A program made the position numbers and the translations under genes. 64,000 nucleotides of DNA from Octopus sinensis (Eukaryota), in assembly GCF_006345805.1 (NCBI RefSeq), contig NW_021833033.1:1-64000 (forward strand), in the 5' to 3' direction. Positions within the stretch are counted from its first letter, which is position 1, and each line of letters starts with the position of its first letter. Positions 13,356 through 26,258 of the stretch are shown piece by piece. The notes below the pieces were generated by a model, which was not told where the DNA came from, made no database searches, and saw nothing but the letters and a program-made list of their open reading frames with translations.

Positions 13356-13674
13356 GTAAAGTATAATAGCCATCTCAATATGGCTAACCACTAGGGGTGG
13401 GTGTTACTGTAGCTTTTAACCCCAGGAGATCATCGTCTCCAGCTGGCTTTAGACACAATTTCTGTGCCCTTATGATATTTGCAAAGGGAGTTTGGAGGTC
13501 ATCCTCTCTCGTAAACCTCGTAAACGAGAGGGGATGACCTCCCTTTGCAAATATCATAAGGGCACAGAAATTGTGTCTAAAGCCAGCTGGAGACGATGAT
13601 CTCCTGGGGCTAAAAAGCTACAGTAACACCCACCCCTAGTGGTTAGCCGTATTGAGATGGCTAGTATACTTTAC
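13356..13674. mobile_element. Foldback/MITE-like element, near-perfect palindrome with ~155-bp arms
   Basis: GTAAAGTATA.TAGCCATCTCAATA...GAGGTCATCCTCTCTCGT pairs with ACGAGAGGGGATGACCTC...TATTGAGATGGCTAGTATACTTTAC; loop ~11 nt. Confidence 0.88.
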
Positions 13675-13834
13675 GTTGTCGAGCGCTTACTGTTTACATC
13701 TCGTTCAGAGATTAATTATTGCTATATATATATAATTTAAAGAAAAGAATAAGCATAAACATAAAAATGAGACCATTGCATGGCTAACACCAAAATAGAA
13801 CACAGTGTTGACCTGTAAACCTTTATTACAGTTG

Positions 13835-14844
13835 GAAGTATATTATGGTTGAAAACGACATACTGTGTACTTGTTATCAAGTAATAGCTACAAATGTGTA
13901 CATGTGGTAAGGATTTCAATGTTATATACTTTACATTAATTGTTGTTGTTAGATAGCCCCCAAGTTGGATATACTCCAGCAGAACTGTGACCTACGGTAA
14001 TGGTATTATAACTGTCTTCTTTTTTGTGGGATGGTGTACTGCGGAATACATTATTCTATGCATTATATTTAAGAAGATATAGTTTGATTTGAATGACATA
14101 TTCATTCGAAGCATACTCTAACTACTTAAATATATAACAAATAAATGTCTGCAGTGAATCAGACAAATATTGTGTCCCCTTGAATTTTGTTCTTCTAATA
14201 TTTTGTTGAATATTAGGACATTCGGGCCTCATTAGCCTATCAAAACTTCTAGATTTAGCAGGAAAATGTTATATATTTAAGTAGTTAGAGTATGCTTCGA
14301 ATGTGGAGGCGCAATGGCCCAGTGGTTAGGGTCGCGGTCGTAGGATCGCGGTTTCGATTCCCAGACCGGGCGTTGTGAGTGTTTATTGAGCGAAAACACC
14401 TAAAACCTCCACGAGGCTCCGGCAGGGATGGTGGTGATCCCTGCTGTACTCTTTCATCACAACTTTCTCTCACTCTTACTTCCTGTTTCTGTTGTACCTG
14501 TATTTCAAAGGGCCGAGAACTACACGTTAATTTCACGAGCAGGCTGTTCCGTTAATTCGGAACCCTCGTCGTCGTAACCGACAGAGTGCTTCTTAATTAT
14601 ATTTAACTTCTTAAATATAATACATAGAATAATGTATTCCGCAGTACACCATCCCACAAAAAAGAAGACAGTTATAATACCATTACCGTAGGTCACAGTT
14701 CTGCTGGAGTATATCCAACTTGTGGGCTATCTAACAACAATTAATGTAAAGTATATAACATTGAAATCCTTACCACATGTACACATTTGTAGCTATTATT
14801 TGATAACAAGTACACAGTATGTCGTTTCAACCATAATATACTTC
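13835..14844. repeat. Large inverted duplication, right arm interrupted by a SINE
   Basis: 13835-14076 is the near-identical reverse complement of 14607-14844, and 14104-14139 of 14267-14302. Confidence 0.9.
14303..14590 (+). mobile_element. tRNA-derived SINE family D (internally deleted copy)
   Basis: Head GTGGAGGCGCAATGGCCCAGTGGTTAGG...GGTTTCGATTCCC; collinear with 45666-46029. Confidence 0.82.
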
Positions 14845-14985
14845 GTCTGCCGTCACGTTCTGAGTTCAAATTCCTTTCGGGGTCGATAAGTACCAGTTAC
14901 GCACTGGGGTCGATGTAATCGACTTAATCCCTTTATCTGACCTTGATTGTCCCCTCTATGTTTAGCCCCCTGTGGGCAATAAAAA
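14845..14985 (+). mobile_element. SINE family A, 5'-truncated
   Basis: GTTCTGAGTTCAAATTCC...AAGTACCAGTTACGCACTGGGGTCG...TTTAGCCCC. Confidence 0.8.
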
Positions 14986-15299
14986 AAAAACAAATATATT
15001 TTATATGTTATATATGTTTGTACGCTTGTTTTCAAAAGCGGTGTGCTGCGGAACTTACTGTCCCCAATGTGTTACTTTTAAGAGGGTAGGATGCGACTTC
15101 AATGGTGTTCGGTTTCTACTTCTAACACATCAAGCGACAATGTATAGCTTTCCCCCATTAGCTCAGATTTTTGCATTAGATGTCTCTACAAAGAAGTGGC
15201 ATTTAAATTTAATATCAACGTGATGCTTGCGTCTACTGCAAGATTAAATTTTAACATTTTTCCTTGGATTACATTCCCTGTAGTAATGCACTAAACATT

Positions 15300-15780
15300 G
15301 GCTGTTCTAGTTATAAATTATTGATGTTGTAGTTTGTACATTTTCCATAATGCTTCGTTTGTTTTTTTCCTACTTTGTAATAGTGTGTACATTCCATATC
15401 GCCATATCACTTAAGTGCCAATCTTCCTGGCTAAAGTTTTAACCAAATTCATTGTATACAGATTTTGTTACTATATAATGCCTCATAGGAAAGTAATAAA
15501 TCGATGATATTTTCAGATAGATAGTAATTATGTGGATCTCATCTTCCGAACTAAATCCACATTAATGGTAAATGTTTCCCAACTGAGTGCATTGTATAAA
15601 TTTTTATTAGTTTTGTACATGAAGTATTCGGCACCTATTTATCGTTCATTAGTTGCAATTCCATAGTCTTGAGAGTGCGAAATAATATGGCGATTGCTGA
15701 TTCGAGATATTCTGCTCTCTTTGTCATAGCTAATGTGGTTCTGAAGCTTTCAGGCAGTACAGCTGTGTATAATATTCTTT
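15300..15780 (-). pseudogene. Decayed non-LTR retrotransposon, zinc-knuckle/restriction-like endonuclease region (R4/Dong-like)
   Basis: Minus 15561-15478 reads CGFSSEDEIHIITIYLKISSIYYFPMRH, resembling the CxxC...E...HI...C...RH knuckle of RLE-clade LINEs. A frameshifted FALQD..IATN lies upstream. Confidence 0.5.
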
Positions 15781-16078
15781 TTCATATGAAGTGGTTTTCT
15801 TCTGTATTGCTGCATGGATCTAGTGCGCAGTCAGCTACTATAGTCATACAATTTGTAACCAACTTCTGGTTTATTTTGCAAACTTCTATAAGACCTGATG
15901 ACCACTAGAAATATTTATGCTGAGTTATATTATAACCCGACAAAAATTTTGCTAGGATCGACTTTGCTTTTCATTCTTCTGGGACCGATCAAATACCAGT
16001 TGTACTATAGTCGAATTTATATAAATTCTGATATAATAATTGTTTCAAATTTCTGTAAAAGCTAAAAGTTTTTGAGAG

Positions 16079-16471
16079 GAGGGGAAGCCGATGACATCGA
16101 CCGCCAGTAATCAAATGGTATTTATTTTATTGACCCGAAAGGATGAAAAGCAAAGTCCACCTCGACAGAATTTGTACTCAGAATGTAAATGACGGACGTT
16201 TTGCCCGGCGTGCAAATGATTCTACCAGCTCGCCGCCCTAAGCATAATACTTTTTACTACAGGTTCAAGGCCTGAATTTTCTTTTTTGGAGGGTTGCGGG
16301 GACTACTCGATTTCATCGAACCCAGTATTCAACTGGTACGTAATTTATCGACTCCGAAAGGATGAAAAGTTACGTCAACCTCGCCAGAATTTGAACTCAG
16401 AATGTAGCGACGGGCGAAATACTGCTAAGCATTTCGTCCAGCGTGCTAACAATTCTGCCAGCTCGCTGCCT
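16079..16471 (-). mobile_element. Two diverged SINE family A copies
   Basis: Minus-strand A/B-box heads end near 16239 and 16471. Confidence 0.75.
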
Positions 16472-16679
16472 TAACGCCTTGAATATATGATATAATATAT
16501 GGAATGCATCTTGAAGATTACTGGTTTCGTGTTCACTATCAGTTCTACAGAGAACTATCACAGTTTCTCCACTGATTTCACCGGTACTCGTTAACTGGAG
16601 TACGATTTGTAAAATGCTCTCTTCTGTATCGCCTCCCAAGAACCGCAGCCATATGAAAGTAGATCACTAATTATTACCT

Positions 16680-16908
16680 ATTTCTTTATTACCCACAAGG
16701 GGCTAAACACAGAGAGGACAAACAAGGACAGACATAGGTATTAAGTCGATTAGATCGACCCCAGTGCGTAACTGGTACTTAATTTATCGACCCCGAAAGG
16801 ATGAAAGGCAAAGTCGACCTCGGCGGAATTTGAACTCACAACGTAACGCAGACGAAATACCGCTAAGCATTTCGTCCGGCGTGCTAACGTTTCTGCCAGC
16901 TCGCCGCC
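16680..16908 (-). mobile_element. SINE family A, young full-length copy
   Basis: Intact head; flanked by near-duplicate TAATTATT(T)ACC. Confidence 0.88.
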
Positions 16909-17469
16909 TAATTATTTACCACTGTCTTCCCCCCGGGTGAATTGACTAAACTCCACATTCTAGTGTATTGCAGATTGTAAGCAAAACCAGGTCTACAATC
17001 TGAGAACAATCCATTATCGGTGGTGTATGCTTCATTTTCTTCTATGCAACCCCGAAAACAACACAAATAAATCATTCCTACTTTTCTTCTTTCTATTACT
17101 AAGCTATAAAAAGAACTTTAAAAAGAGTAGATATGAATGAAAGGTCAATAAAATATAAGAAGACCTTAAAACGGTTCAGTTTTTTTTCCATACAATAAAT
17201 TCACCATAAAAATATCTGATAATGCCGTACCTCAACACCTAGTTATTTTAGATTGGTTCAAAGTTTAGAGTTTGGTACGACATTTAATGTAAGGGCATAA
17301 ATTACAATTTCATTTTGAAGAGTTAATGAATAGCCGATGGGAAGAAGAGGACTTGTGAGGAATCGATGGGCATGGACCGAGTTTTCGTGAAAAAGGGCAA
17401 TTTTCAGAGGGCTTTAACATTTGGAACGATTGTTCCATCTGAACATTTTAGCACCATTTGCTTTCAAAT

Positions 17470-17616
17470 GATAGTAAGCCATTCGCTTCCCAACCACATG
17501 GTTCCTGGTTCAATACCACCACGTAGTCTTAAACGTAAGTACTTTGTATTATAGCCCCGAGCCGACCAAAACCTTGTGACTGTATTTGGTGGACGGAAAC
17601 TGAAAGACGCCCGTTG

Positions 17617-17703
<87 letters not shown>

Positions 17704-17910
17704 GTGTGCTTAAATATACGTGTGAGTGTTTATCTCATCACCATCGTTTGACAAACGGTGTTGGTTTGTTTATGTCCTCGCAACATCAGATACAGGTTTT
17801 ATAAAAATAAGCACTGGTGACGATTCATTCGACTAGAAACCCCTTCAAGGAGGTGCCCAGCATGGTCGCATGTAGAATGACTGGAACAAGTAAAAGATAA
17901 AAAATAAAAG
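17470..17910 (+). mobile_element. SINE family B, diverged full-length
   Basis: Head, central (TA)/(TG) tract and tail GGTGCCCAGCATGGTCGC...GAACAAGTAAAAGA. Confidence 0.75.
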
Positions 17911-18582
17911 ATAAGGCTATATATTTATATATTTTAACAGCCAATTATTTTAAGATAATTAAAAATGATTTTTTTTTTTGTAAAAAAAACAATGCAATAT
18001 AAAATCAAATATAAATTATGAAGGTCATGTGGCCTCAAATCATCAAAGGCTCAAAGCGGCCAAATATTTACGAAAACATAGATCAGATATATAAAATAGC
18101 TTCATAAATTATATAAAATGTTTAAATAACTATGATGAGCAGACGACATCGTGTGACTGAAATATACGTCATCAAACAGGTAAATGTTTGGAGGTTTTTT
18201 AATATTATTTTTTTCTTTCTTCTCTTGTTTACTTTTTTAAGTTTTCTCCGCTATAGGCGTAGGTGTGGCAACGTGGTAAGATGTTTCCTTCCCAATCACA
18301 TGGTTTCGGGTTCAGTCTTCAGTCCCACCACGTGACATTTTTAGCAACTGTCTTTTATTACAGCTCTGGACTCACCTAATGCCTTCTGAGAGGATTTGGA
18401 AACTGAAAGCAGCCGGTCATATAGAAATATATATATATATGTATGTGTGTGTGTGTGTGTGTATAGAAGATTGAAAAGGAACACAGGAGTTGATATATAC
18501 ATATGCAAAAAAGTCAAGGTAGAAACTGCTAAAATAATTTTATAAAAAACGTTTCAGTCATGGAGACTTTTTCAACTGTGAC

Positions 18583-18799
18583 TATGGAAAACAATTAAAT
18601 TTTTGAAAAATTAAAAGAAAAGTTTTCTAAAAGAATATTTGCATAGTATTCAAATACAAGGGGCATTTTCCTTGTTTCTGCCTGTCTCTGTCTCTCTTGT
18701 TTACTCTTGTGAGTAATGCCCCTTGTATTTGAACAACATGCAAATATTCTTTTAAAAAAATTTTCTTTTAAGTTTTCCAAAATTTAATTGTTTTCCATA
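18583..18799. repeat. Foldback with ~85-bp arms
   Basis: TATGGAAAACAATTAAATT...ATTCAAATACAAGGGGCATT pairs with AATGCCCCTTGTATTTGAA...AATTTAATTGTTTTCCATA. Confidence 0.82.
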
Positions 18800-19058
18800 C
18801 TTACATTTGAATATATATATATACTAGAAAGTTTGGAGATGATGTACAGGTATTATATATTAGAAAAAATAAGGTACTCAGAAATCTGGATGGTTTTATA
18901 TTTACAGATATTTATTAATATGTTACATCATACAGGGTAATGAGAACCAACCTATAGTAACCATATTTACACCGGCAGTCACATCGCTCCTAGTCACGTC
19001 CACCATTTGAGTAATGCGAAAAGGACAAGCACTCATTACTGCTGGACTCTTGCATATA

Positions 19059-19644
19059 GGCGCAGGCGTGGCTGTGTAGCAAGAAGTGTCCTTTCTAACC
19101 ACATGGTTCCTGATTCAGTCCCACTTCGTGGCACCTTGGGCAGGTCTCTTCTAATATAGCCTCGGGCCGACGAAAGCCTTGAGAACTGATTTGGTAGACG
19201 GAAAATGGAAGAAGCCCATCGCATATATATGTATGTATATAAATATATTTTTTTTCTTTTTTCTTTTACTTGTTTCAGTCATTTGACTGCGGCCATGCTG
19301 GAGCACCGCCTTTAGTCGAGCAAATCGACCCCGGGACTTATTCTTTGTAAGCCCAGTACTTATTCTATCGGTCTCTTTTGCCGAACCGCTAAGTGACGGG
19401 GACGTAAACACGCCAGCATCGGTTGTCAAGGGGGACAAACACAGACACACACATATATACACACACTTATATATATATACATATATACGACAGGCTTCTT
19501 TCAGTTTCCGTCTACCAAATCCACTCTCAAAGTATTGGTCGGCCCGGGGCTATAGCAGAAGACAGTTGCCCAAGATGCCACGCAGTGGGACTGAACCCGG
19601 AACCATGTGGTTGTTTAGCAAGCTACTTACCACACAGCCACTCC
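19059..19644. mobile_element. Inverted pair of SINE family B (plus head 19059-19222; minus full copy 19258-19644)
   Basis: Both carry GGTTC..GTTCAGTCCCAC...TTGGGCA..GTCTTCT in opposite orientations. Confidence 0.82.
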
Positions 19645-19692
19645 ATATATATATATAAACATATATACATATATATATACATATAATATATG

Positions 19693-19880
19693 TAAATTAG
19701 AGAAAAATCACTATCATGTAATTCAAACAATGATAGCCATAAAAAATATATAGAAAAAATAAAAAAGTACATAATAATAAATAAACAGTATATAATACTT
19801 TTATAGACATAAAAGATATATGATATGTTTTATGTCTATCATTGTTTGAATTACATTAATAGTGGTTTTTCTCTAATTTA
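19693..19880. repeat. Foldback with ~45-bp arms and an inner hairpin
   Basis: TAAATTAGAGAAAAATCACTATCATGTAATTCAAACAATGATAG pairs with CTATCATTGTTTGAATTACATTAATAGTGGTTTTTCTCTAATTTA. Confidence 0.8.
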
Positions 19881-20420
19881 TATATATTATATATTTATAT
19901 TGTGAAATTTGATTTAATACTAAATTGAATTTTTCCCTGTAAGTTTGGAGTTCGGCAAAAAAAGACCGATAGAATAAGTGCCAAACTTTAAAGGAAAAAG
20001 CTACCGGTGTCGATTCCTTAACGGCAGTGCCTTAGCATGGCCGCAGTGAAATGACTTAAAGAAGTACAAGATAAAAGATATCCTTGAATCGATGATAATG
20101 GGAACAAGTGGATAAAATCGATATCGGTTTTTTTTATTAACACCATCGGAGCTGGTAAAGATAATTGAAGTGATTGTGAGTAAGCAGCTATTTGATGGCT
20201 GTGTCAGCGAATCGGATTGGCAAGTGTTCATCGTAAATAGGGTTTGTGTGTGAATACAGTAATAGATACAGATAAAGAGAATAAAGCAAAGAAAAGATTA
20301 TCAAAGATCCGTTTGGAACTAATCCTTATACTAATCCTCGGTGATGTAGTTGTTCATGGCAATAAAAGTATCATTTAATTAAAAGCAACAGCAACAAAAG
20401 AAAAAAAGGAAAAACATTCG

Positions 20421-20834
20421 TAGGCGTGGGTAAGTAGCTTGCTTACCAACCACATGGTTCCAGGTTCAGTCCCACTGCGTGGCACCTTGGGGGAGTGTCT
20501 TCTACTATAGACTCGAGCCGACCAAAGTCTTGTGAGTGGATTTAGTAGACAGAAACTGAAAGAAGCCCGTCGTATATATGTATATATATATATATATATG
20601 TATGTGTATATGCATGTGTGTGTATATGTTTGTTTGTCTGTGTTTGTCCCCCCAACATCGCTTGACAACTGATGCTGGTGTGTTTACGTCCCCGTAAATT
20701 AGCGGTTCGAAAAAAAGAGACCGATAGAATAAGTACTAGGCTTACAAAGAATAGGTCATGGGGTCGATTTGCTCGACTAAAGGCAGCGCTCCAGCATGGC
20801 CGCAGGCAAATTACTGAAACAAGTAAAAAGAGTA
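20421..20834 (+). mobile_element. SINE family B, young full-length copy
   Basis: Head, ACCTTGGGGGAGTGTCTTC, (TA)n, and tail AAGGCAGCGCTCCAGCATGGCCGCAG...GAAACAAGTAAAAAGAG. Confidence 0.87.
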
Positions 20835-21243
20835 AAGAGTAAGAGTATTCTTAGGCCTGGATGTGTGGTTAAGAAGTTCGGTATGTAACTATGTGGCTTC
20901 GTGTTCAATCCCACTACGTGACACCATAGGCAGGCGTCTTCAATGATAGCTCCGAACCGACCAATGTCCTGTGAATGAATTCTGTGAACGAAAAAACTGT
21001 GTGGGAGCCATTGATAAAAAGTTTTCCCGAAAAAAATGTTATCCTAGTTTAATTATAAATAGATTAGTGTTCACTTCCGGATTCTATCACTCTGTGAAAG
21101 TTTCTAGTTCGAATCACACGTGTCTCGAGGTGCGCCGAAGATTTTTCTATTTTGGATATATTTGGGGTACTTAAGTCTGCTCGGGACTTGGTGCTTGCTT
21201 TTTCCATGGGTATGAGTAAGTATTTCATTTATATCTCGCGTAT

Positions 21244-21304
21244 TTGCCGCTGAAGAGGGGAAATTTTCTTGTGAATTAACCCCGAAATTGGACCAATACG
21301 GTAA
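21244..21304 (+). ncRNA. Solo canonical type I hammerhead ribozyme motif
   Basis: TTGCCG CTGAAGA GGGG..CCCC GAAA TTGGACCA ATA CGGTAA: stem I 6 bp (one G-U), stem II 4 G-C pairs, stem III ATTG/CAAT, cleavage triplet AUA at 21296-21298. Confidence 0.78.
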
Positions 21305-22338
21305 TAATGAATTTTTTTAGAGATTTCTATCGGTTTGTTTCGAGATGCATAAATTTAATGGTTATCGGCAATTTTTTTGTTTCGGCGTATCTTGCATTAG
21401 AATTTTTCTTCTGCCCTTATCTTGTAAATTATGAATAAATTTTACCTTTAAAGGCATTTTTTGATATGCTGGTCATTGATAAAAGTTTTTTTCCCGAAAA
21501 ACATTTTATGCTATATCAATTATATATACATATATATGTATATATGTGTGAGTGTGTCGGTGTTTGTGTGTGTCTTTGTTTCTGTCATTGTTTCCAATTC
21601 CGTCACGCGACAACCGGTGTTGGTTTGTTTACTTTCTCTCAACAGTTCAGCAGAAAGAGTACGACACATTAAAGTACCAAACTTTACAAATGATCATAAG
21701 TATTGAAGTCGATTTGTTCGATTAAAAGAAAAAAAAAGCTTTGAATGCAGTGCTCCAGCATGGCCGCAGTCCAATGATTGAAAGAAGTAACAGACAAAAG
21801 ATCAAAGAATGTTTACTAATGTTGCTACTGGCTTTGTTGTTCATCCACAGATCAGCCCTGGTTTCGAGAAACCCAATGATCAAAGATATTTCAGTCTTGA
21901 TCGTCCCATCTTTTTCGCTTTTATTTCTTTTATCTTTTACTAGCAGTATCGCCCGGCGTTGCTCGAGTTTGTAAGGGAAATAACTATAAAGCATTTTTAG
22001 AGAGTTATAGCCAAAAGATAGCAAAAAATGCATTAGAAATGGAAAAAAAATTATGGTAATTGTTTTTTTAAATCGTTGACTCATCGTAGACATTTTTAGA
22101 GAGTTACTTCCCTTATATTTTAAAAAATATGCATTAAAATGGAAAAAAATGATGGTAAATTATTTTTAAAATCGTAGACTCATCGTAGACGCGCGCTAAT
22201 ACCCAGAAGGGCTTGATATGAATCCCAACTATAAGATACCCGGTTTTGATTAAACTGCACCGCAAAATGTGGGAGTACTTAGGAATCTAAATTGGAGTAG
22301 ACAGACACACAACCTTTCTTTTATATATAAAGATATAT

Positions 22339-23039
22339 AACCATCCTCATCATATTCCTCATCATTGTCGTCCTCATCAACGCAATAACTCTAACAGCAA
22401 AAAGAAAAACAACGACAATAATGGCTTCAAATCTTGACCCAAGGCCAATTAGTTCGAGTGAGGCGCAAAATCGATTACCTCGACCACAGTGCCGAACTGG
22501 TATTTATTTTATTCGTCTCGAAAGGATGAAAGGTATAGGAGACCTCGGCAGGAATTCGGTCAGTTTTCTTTTAGTGCCGAGGTCTACTATACCTTTCATC
22601 CTTCCGAGACGAATAAAATAGATACCTATTTCTTTATTACCCACAAGGGGATAAACATAGAGGGGACAAATATGGACAGACATAGGTATTAAGTCGATTA
22701 CATCGACCCCAGTGCGTAACTGGTACTTTAATTTATCGACCCCGAAAGGATGAAAGGCAAAGTCGACCTCGGCGGAATTTGAACTCAGAACGTAACGGCA
22801 GACAAAATACCGCAAAGCATTTCGCCCGGCGTGTTAACGTTTCTGCCAGCTCGCCGCCTAAAATAGATACCAGTGTGGCACTGGGGTCGAAGTACTCGAT
22901 TTTGTGCCTCACTCGAACTAATTGGCCTTGGGTCAAAATTTGAAGCCATTATTGTCGTTGTTTTTCTTTTTGCTGTTAGAGTTATCACGTTGATGAGGAC
23001 GACAATAATGAGGAAGGAATATGGTGAGGATGGTTGTGG
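22339..23039. repeat. Long inverted duplication (hairpin) with a later SINE insertion
   Basis: 22339-22550 mirrors 22572-22626 plus 22859-23039. Confidence 0.85.
22627..22858 (-). mobile_element. SINE family A, young copy with a 13-bp TSD
   Basis: TAAAATAGATACC is duplicated at 22614-22626 and 22859-22871. Confidence 0.9.
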
Positions 23040-23239
23040 TAGCATTGGTGAATGGGGAGAAGGAGGAGGGAGAGGAAGTGGAGAAGGGGAAGAAAAAGAA
23101 GAAGAAAAAGATGATGACGATGATGATGATGACGACGACGACAATGATGATGATAATAACAAGGAAGGGAAAGGAGGAGAAGAAGAAGAAGAAGAACAAC
23201 AACAACAACAACAACAACAACTAGGAGGAGGTGGGACTC

Positions 23240-23276
23240 ATGACGATGATGACGTCGACGACGACGATGATGATGA

Positions 23277-23315
<39 letters not shown>

Positions 23316-23478
23316 TGATGATGATGATGATGACGACGACGATGACGACGACGACGATGATGATGATGATGATGACGACGACGACGACGACGACGACGAT
23401 GATGATGATGATGATGATGATGATGACGACGACGACGACGACGACGATGATGATGATGATGATGACGACGACGACGAC

Positions 23479-23510
<32 letters not shown>

Positions 23511-23618
23511 CGACGACGACGACGACGACGACGATGATGTTGATAATGATGATTTTGACGACGCTGACGATAATGATGATGATGATGACGATAATGCTGA
23601 TGATGATGACGATGACGA
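23240..23618. repeat. (GAT/GAC)n trinucleotide tract
   Basis: Direct reading; gives the poly-Asp, poly-Ser and poly-His ORF artefacts. Confidence 0.95.
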
Positions 23619-23882
23619 TTCAAGACAGTGGAACTGGAAAAAAAAAAAGTGGAATAAGCAGCCAGAAAGGCAACAGAAGCAGAAAGTAGATCGGAAAGAG
23701 GAAAATAAACAAACACGGGAAATATTGGCAGACCTGCAGCAAATACAAGAATAAGGCATAAAAACACCAGTAAATACATGACATAGGTAGACTACAAAGC
23801 AAACAATATTTCATATACATACATACATGCATACATATATACATATACATATATATGTATATATATATATATATATAATATA

Positions 23883-23936
<54 letters not shown>

Positions 23937-23937
23937 C

Positions 23938-23990
<53 letters not shown>

Positions 23991-24177
23991 AATATATGTG
24001 TATATATATAATACATGTATATATACATATATATATATATACACACACACATATATGTGTTTATGTATATATAAAAATACATATACGCACATATATCTAT
24101 ATACATACATTATATATATACTTATATATATATATATATTTATATTTATTTATGAGGGAGGTATATATATTGATAGA

Positions 24178-24313
<136 letters not shown>

Positions 24314-25048
24314 CACATACATACATACAAGCTTTGAAAAATATACATAAAATAAACAAATATTTAGACAGGGACGTCGAGATATGTTTACAGATATTCT
24401 GGAACAGACGAATGTACACACACACTTATATATATACACTAAAATAGAATATATACAAAAATATACCAAATATCAAAGGCGCAGAGACTCGCAGATATAC
24501 ATTATTAGAGACAGCCAAAAGCATACACACGTAACTATAATCACACATGTATATGAATGCAAATTGTATTGCACAGAACAATGTGTATGTGTATGCATGT
24601 GTGTGTGTGTTTACAGATATAGATATGGAGATAAGTGTATATTTATACATATCTGCATGTTTCATACACACACACACACACACACACCACAACACACACA
24701 TGCGTCTGTGTCTCGGTGTACACATATAAGTATACAAAAATATGAAGTAAACAAACACGATTTGGAAATCCTAAATCTACAAAGATATATTAAAAGTAAG
24801 CGAGCAAATACCAAAATACTTTAACGAAGAAAAATAGACAAACGACTGGGAAAATATATACGTAAGTATACTGAAAAAAAAAACATCAAGGTATATATAG
24901 GTATATATTATATATATACACATGCAAATATACACAAATACACAAATACATACCTGTACATATATATGTGTATATATATGTTATATATAATATATATATA
25001 TATATATTATATATATATATCTATATATATATATATAATACACAAATG

Positions 25049-25090
<42 letters not shown>

Positions 25091-25223
25091 TTGTATGTAT
25101 GTATGTATATAAAGTTTTGTCTTTATGTATGTATTCTCACAAAGTTTTACAGATATTATGAAAACACAAAATTTACAAATACACACCACAATAAACTGAA
25201 CAATCATATTAATAAAAATGCAG

Positions 25224-25254
<31 letters not shown>

Positions 25255-26258
25255 ATAAATAAATGTAATGTTGCTGTCATATCCATGTTAAATACATTTT
25301 ATACGCATGTAATACGCGAGCAATACGGCGGAAACATATAAATATTGCAGATTTCATACCAATACATTATGTATTAACTATAATATTTAGTTACCTGTAT
25401 ATAATGTCCAAACTATTATTGAATTTACAACCCTTATACGCATATATATAATCCCATATACACACACACAAATCACACAGACACATACGCAAGCACGCAC
25501 CGCCATATATGTGTGTGTTTATGCTTAAGGGAGATAATCATTTCTTCCGTAGTATTCGGCAGGATTAGAAGTTTAACATGAAGGAATTAGAAGGTAAGCG
25601 CATAGACCATACGGATTTAATCTTTACTGTATTACTTTTCTTCTTCCCTGCGTATTATGAAGGTCTTGGATTTTCTTCCCAGTGGTAAACATGTACTGCA
25701 TCATTTGATTCTCTTTAGATATCATCGGCTTGACATAACCTGACATATAAATTAAAGATTTAATGATTCGTCACTTCTCTTATAATTTGAAACTAAATTC
25801 CGTCTGGAAGAAATTCACGGACGGTGTGTTTTTCTTATCTTTCCTTTTGCCTCTATTTCTTCATCGAGCGTTAGTATTTACCAATCGTGAGAGAAAAGAA
25901 AGTTCATGGTATCTATACACAGAGTGAATGTTTCCAGACAGTTCTACCTTACAAAGTGTTCTTATCATAGCAAATATTTTAGTGTAAACAACAAGCGAAA
26001 TTTACGAGTCATTTTCGGTATCTTCTTTCGGGAGCAGGTATTGGATTCAGGCTACTATTTCATAGTAGCAAACCATTGTTATATAGTGCAAACAACTTCT
26101 CTTTGAAAAGATAACACCAAAACCATTCATCAACTCTCTGGTTCCAGCTTGACTCTAAGACAAAATGAAACAATTCCTTAAGATAATCTCTAACGAATCT
26201 CATAGAAAAAGGAATAAAATTTCGAGATATTCGTTTCGAATTTTGGCACCAGACCAGC

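Noticed and set aside
22873-23754. 293-aa ORF with a very long poly-Asp tract, resembling acidic biomineralisation proteins
   Set aside because: The ORF start lies in SINE-derived and palindromic DNA. GAC/GAT alternation is explained by CpG deamination without selection, and the other frames are open too.
25636-25739. Minus-strand 104-nt open segment between AG and GT (YVKPMISKENQMMQYMFTTGKK...)
   Set aside because: The donor is weak, the peptide is unrecognised, and such segments arise by chance at this length.
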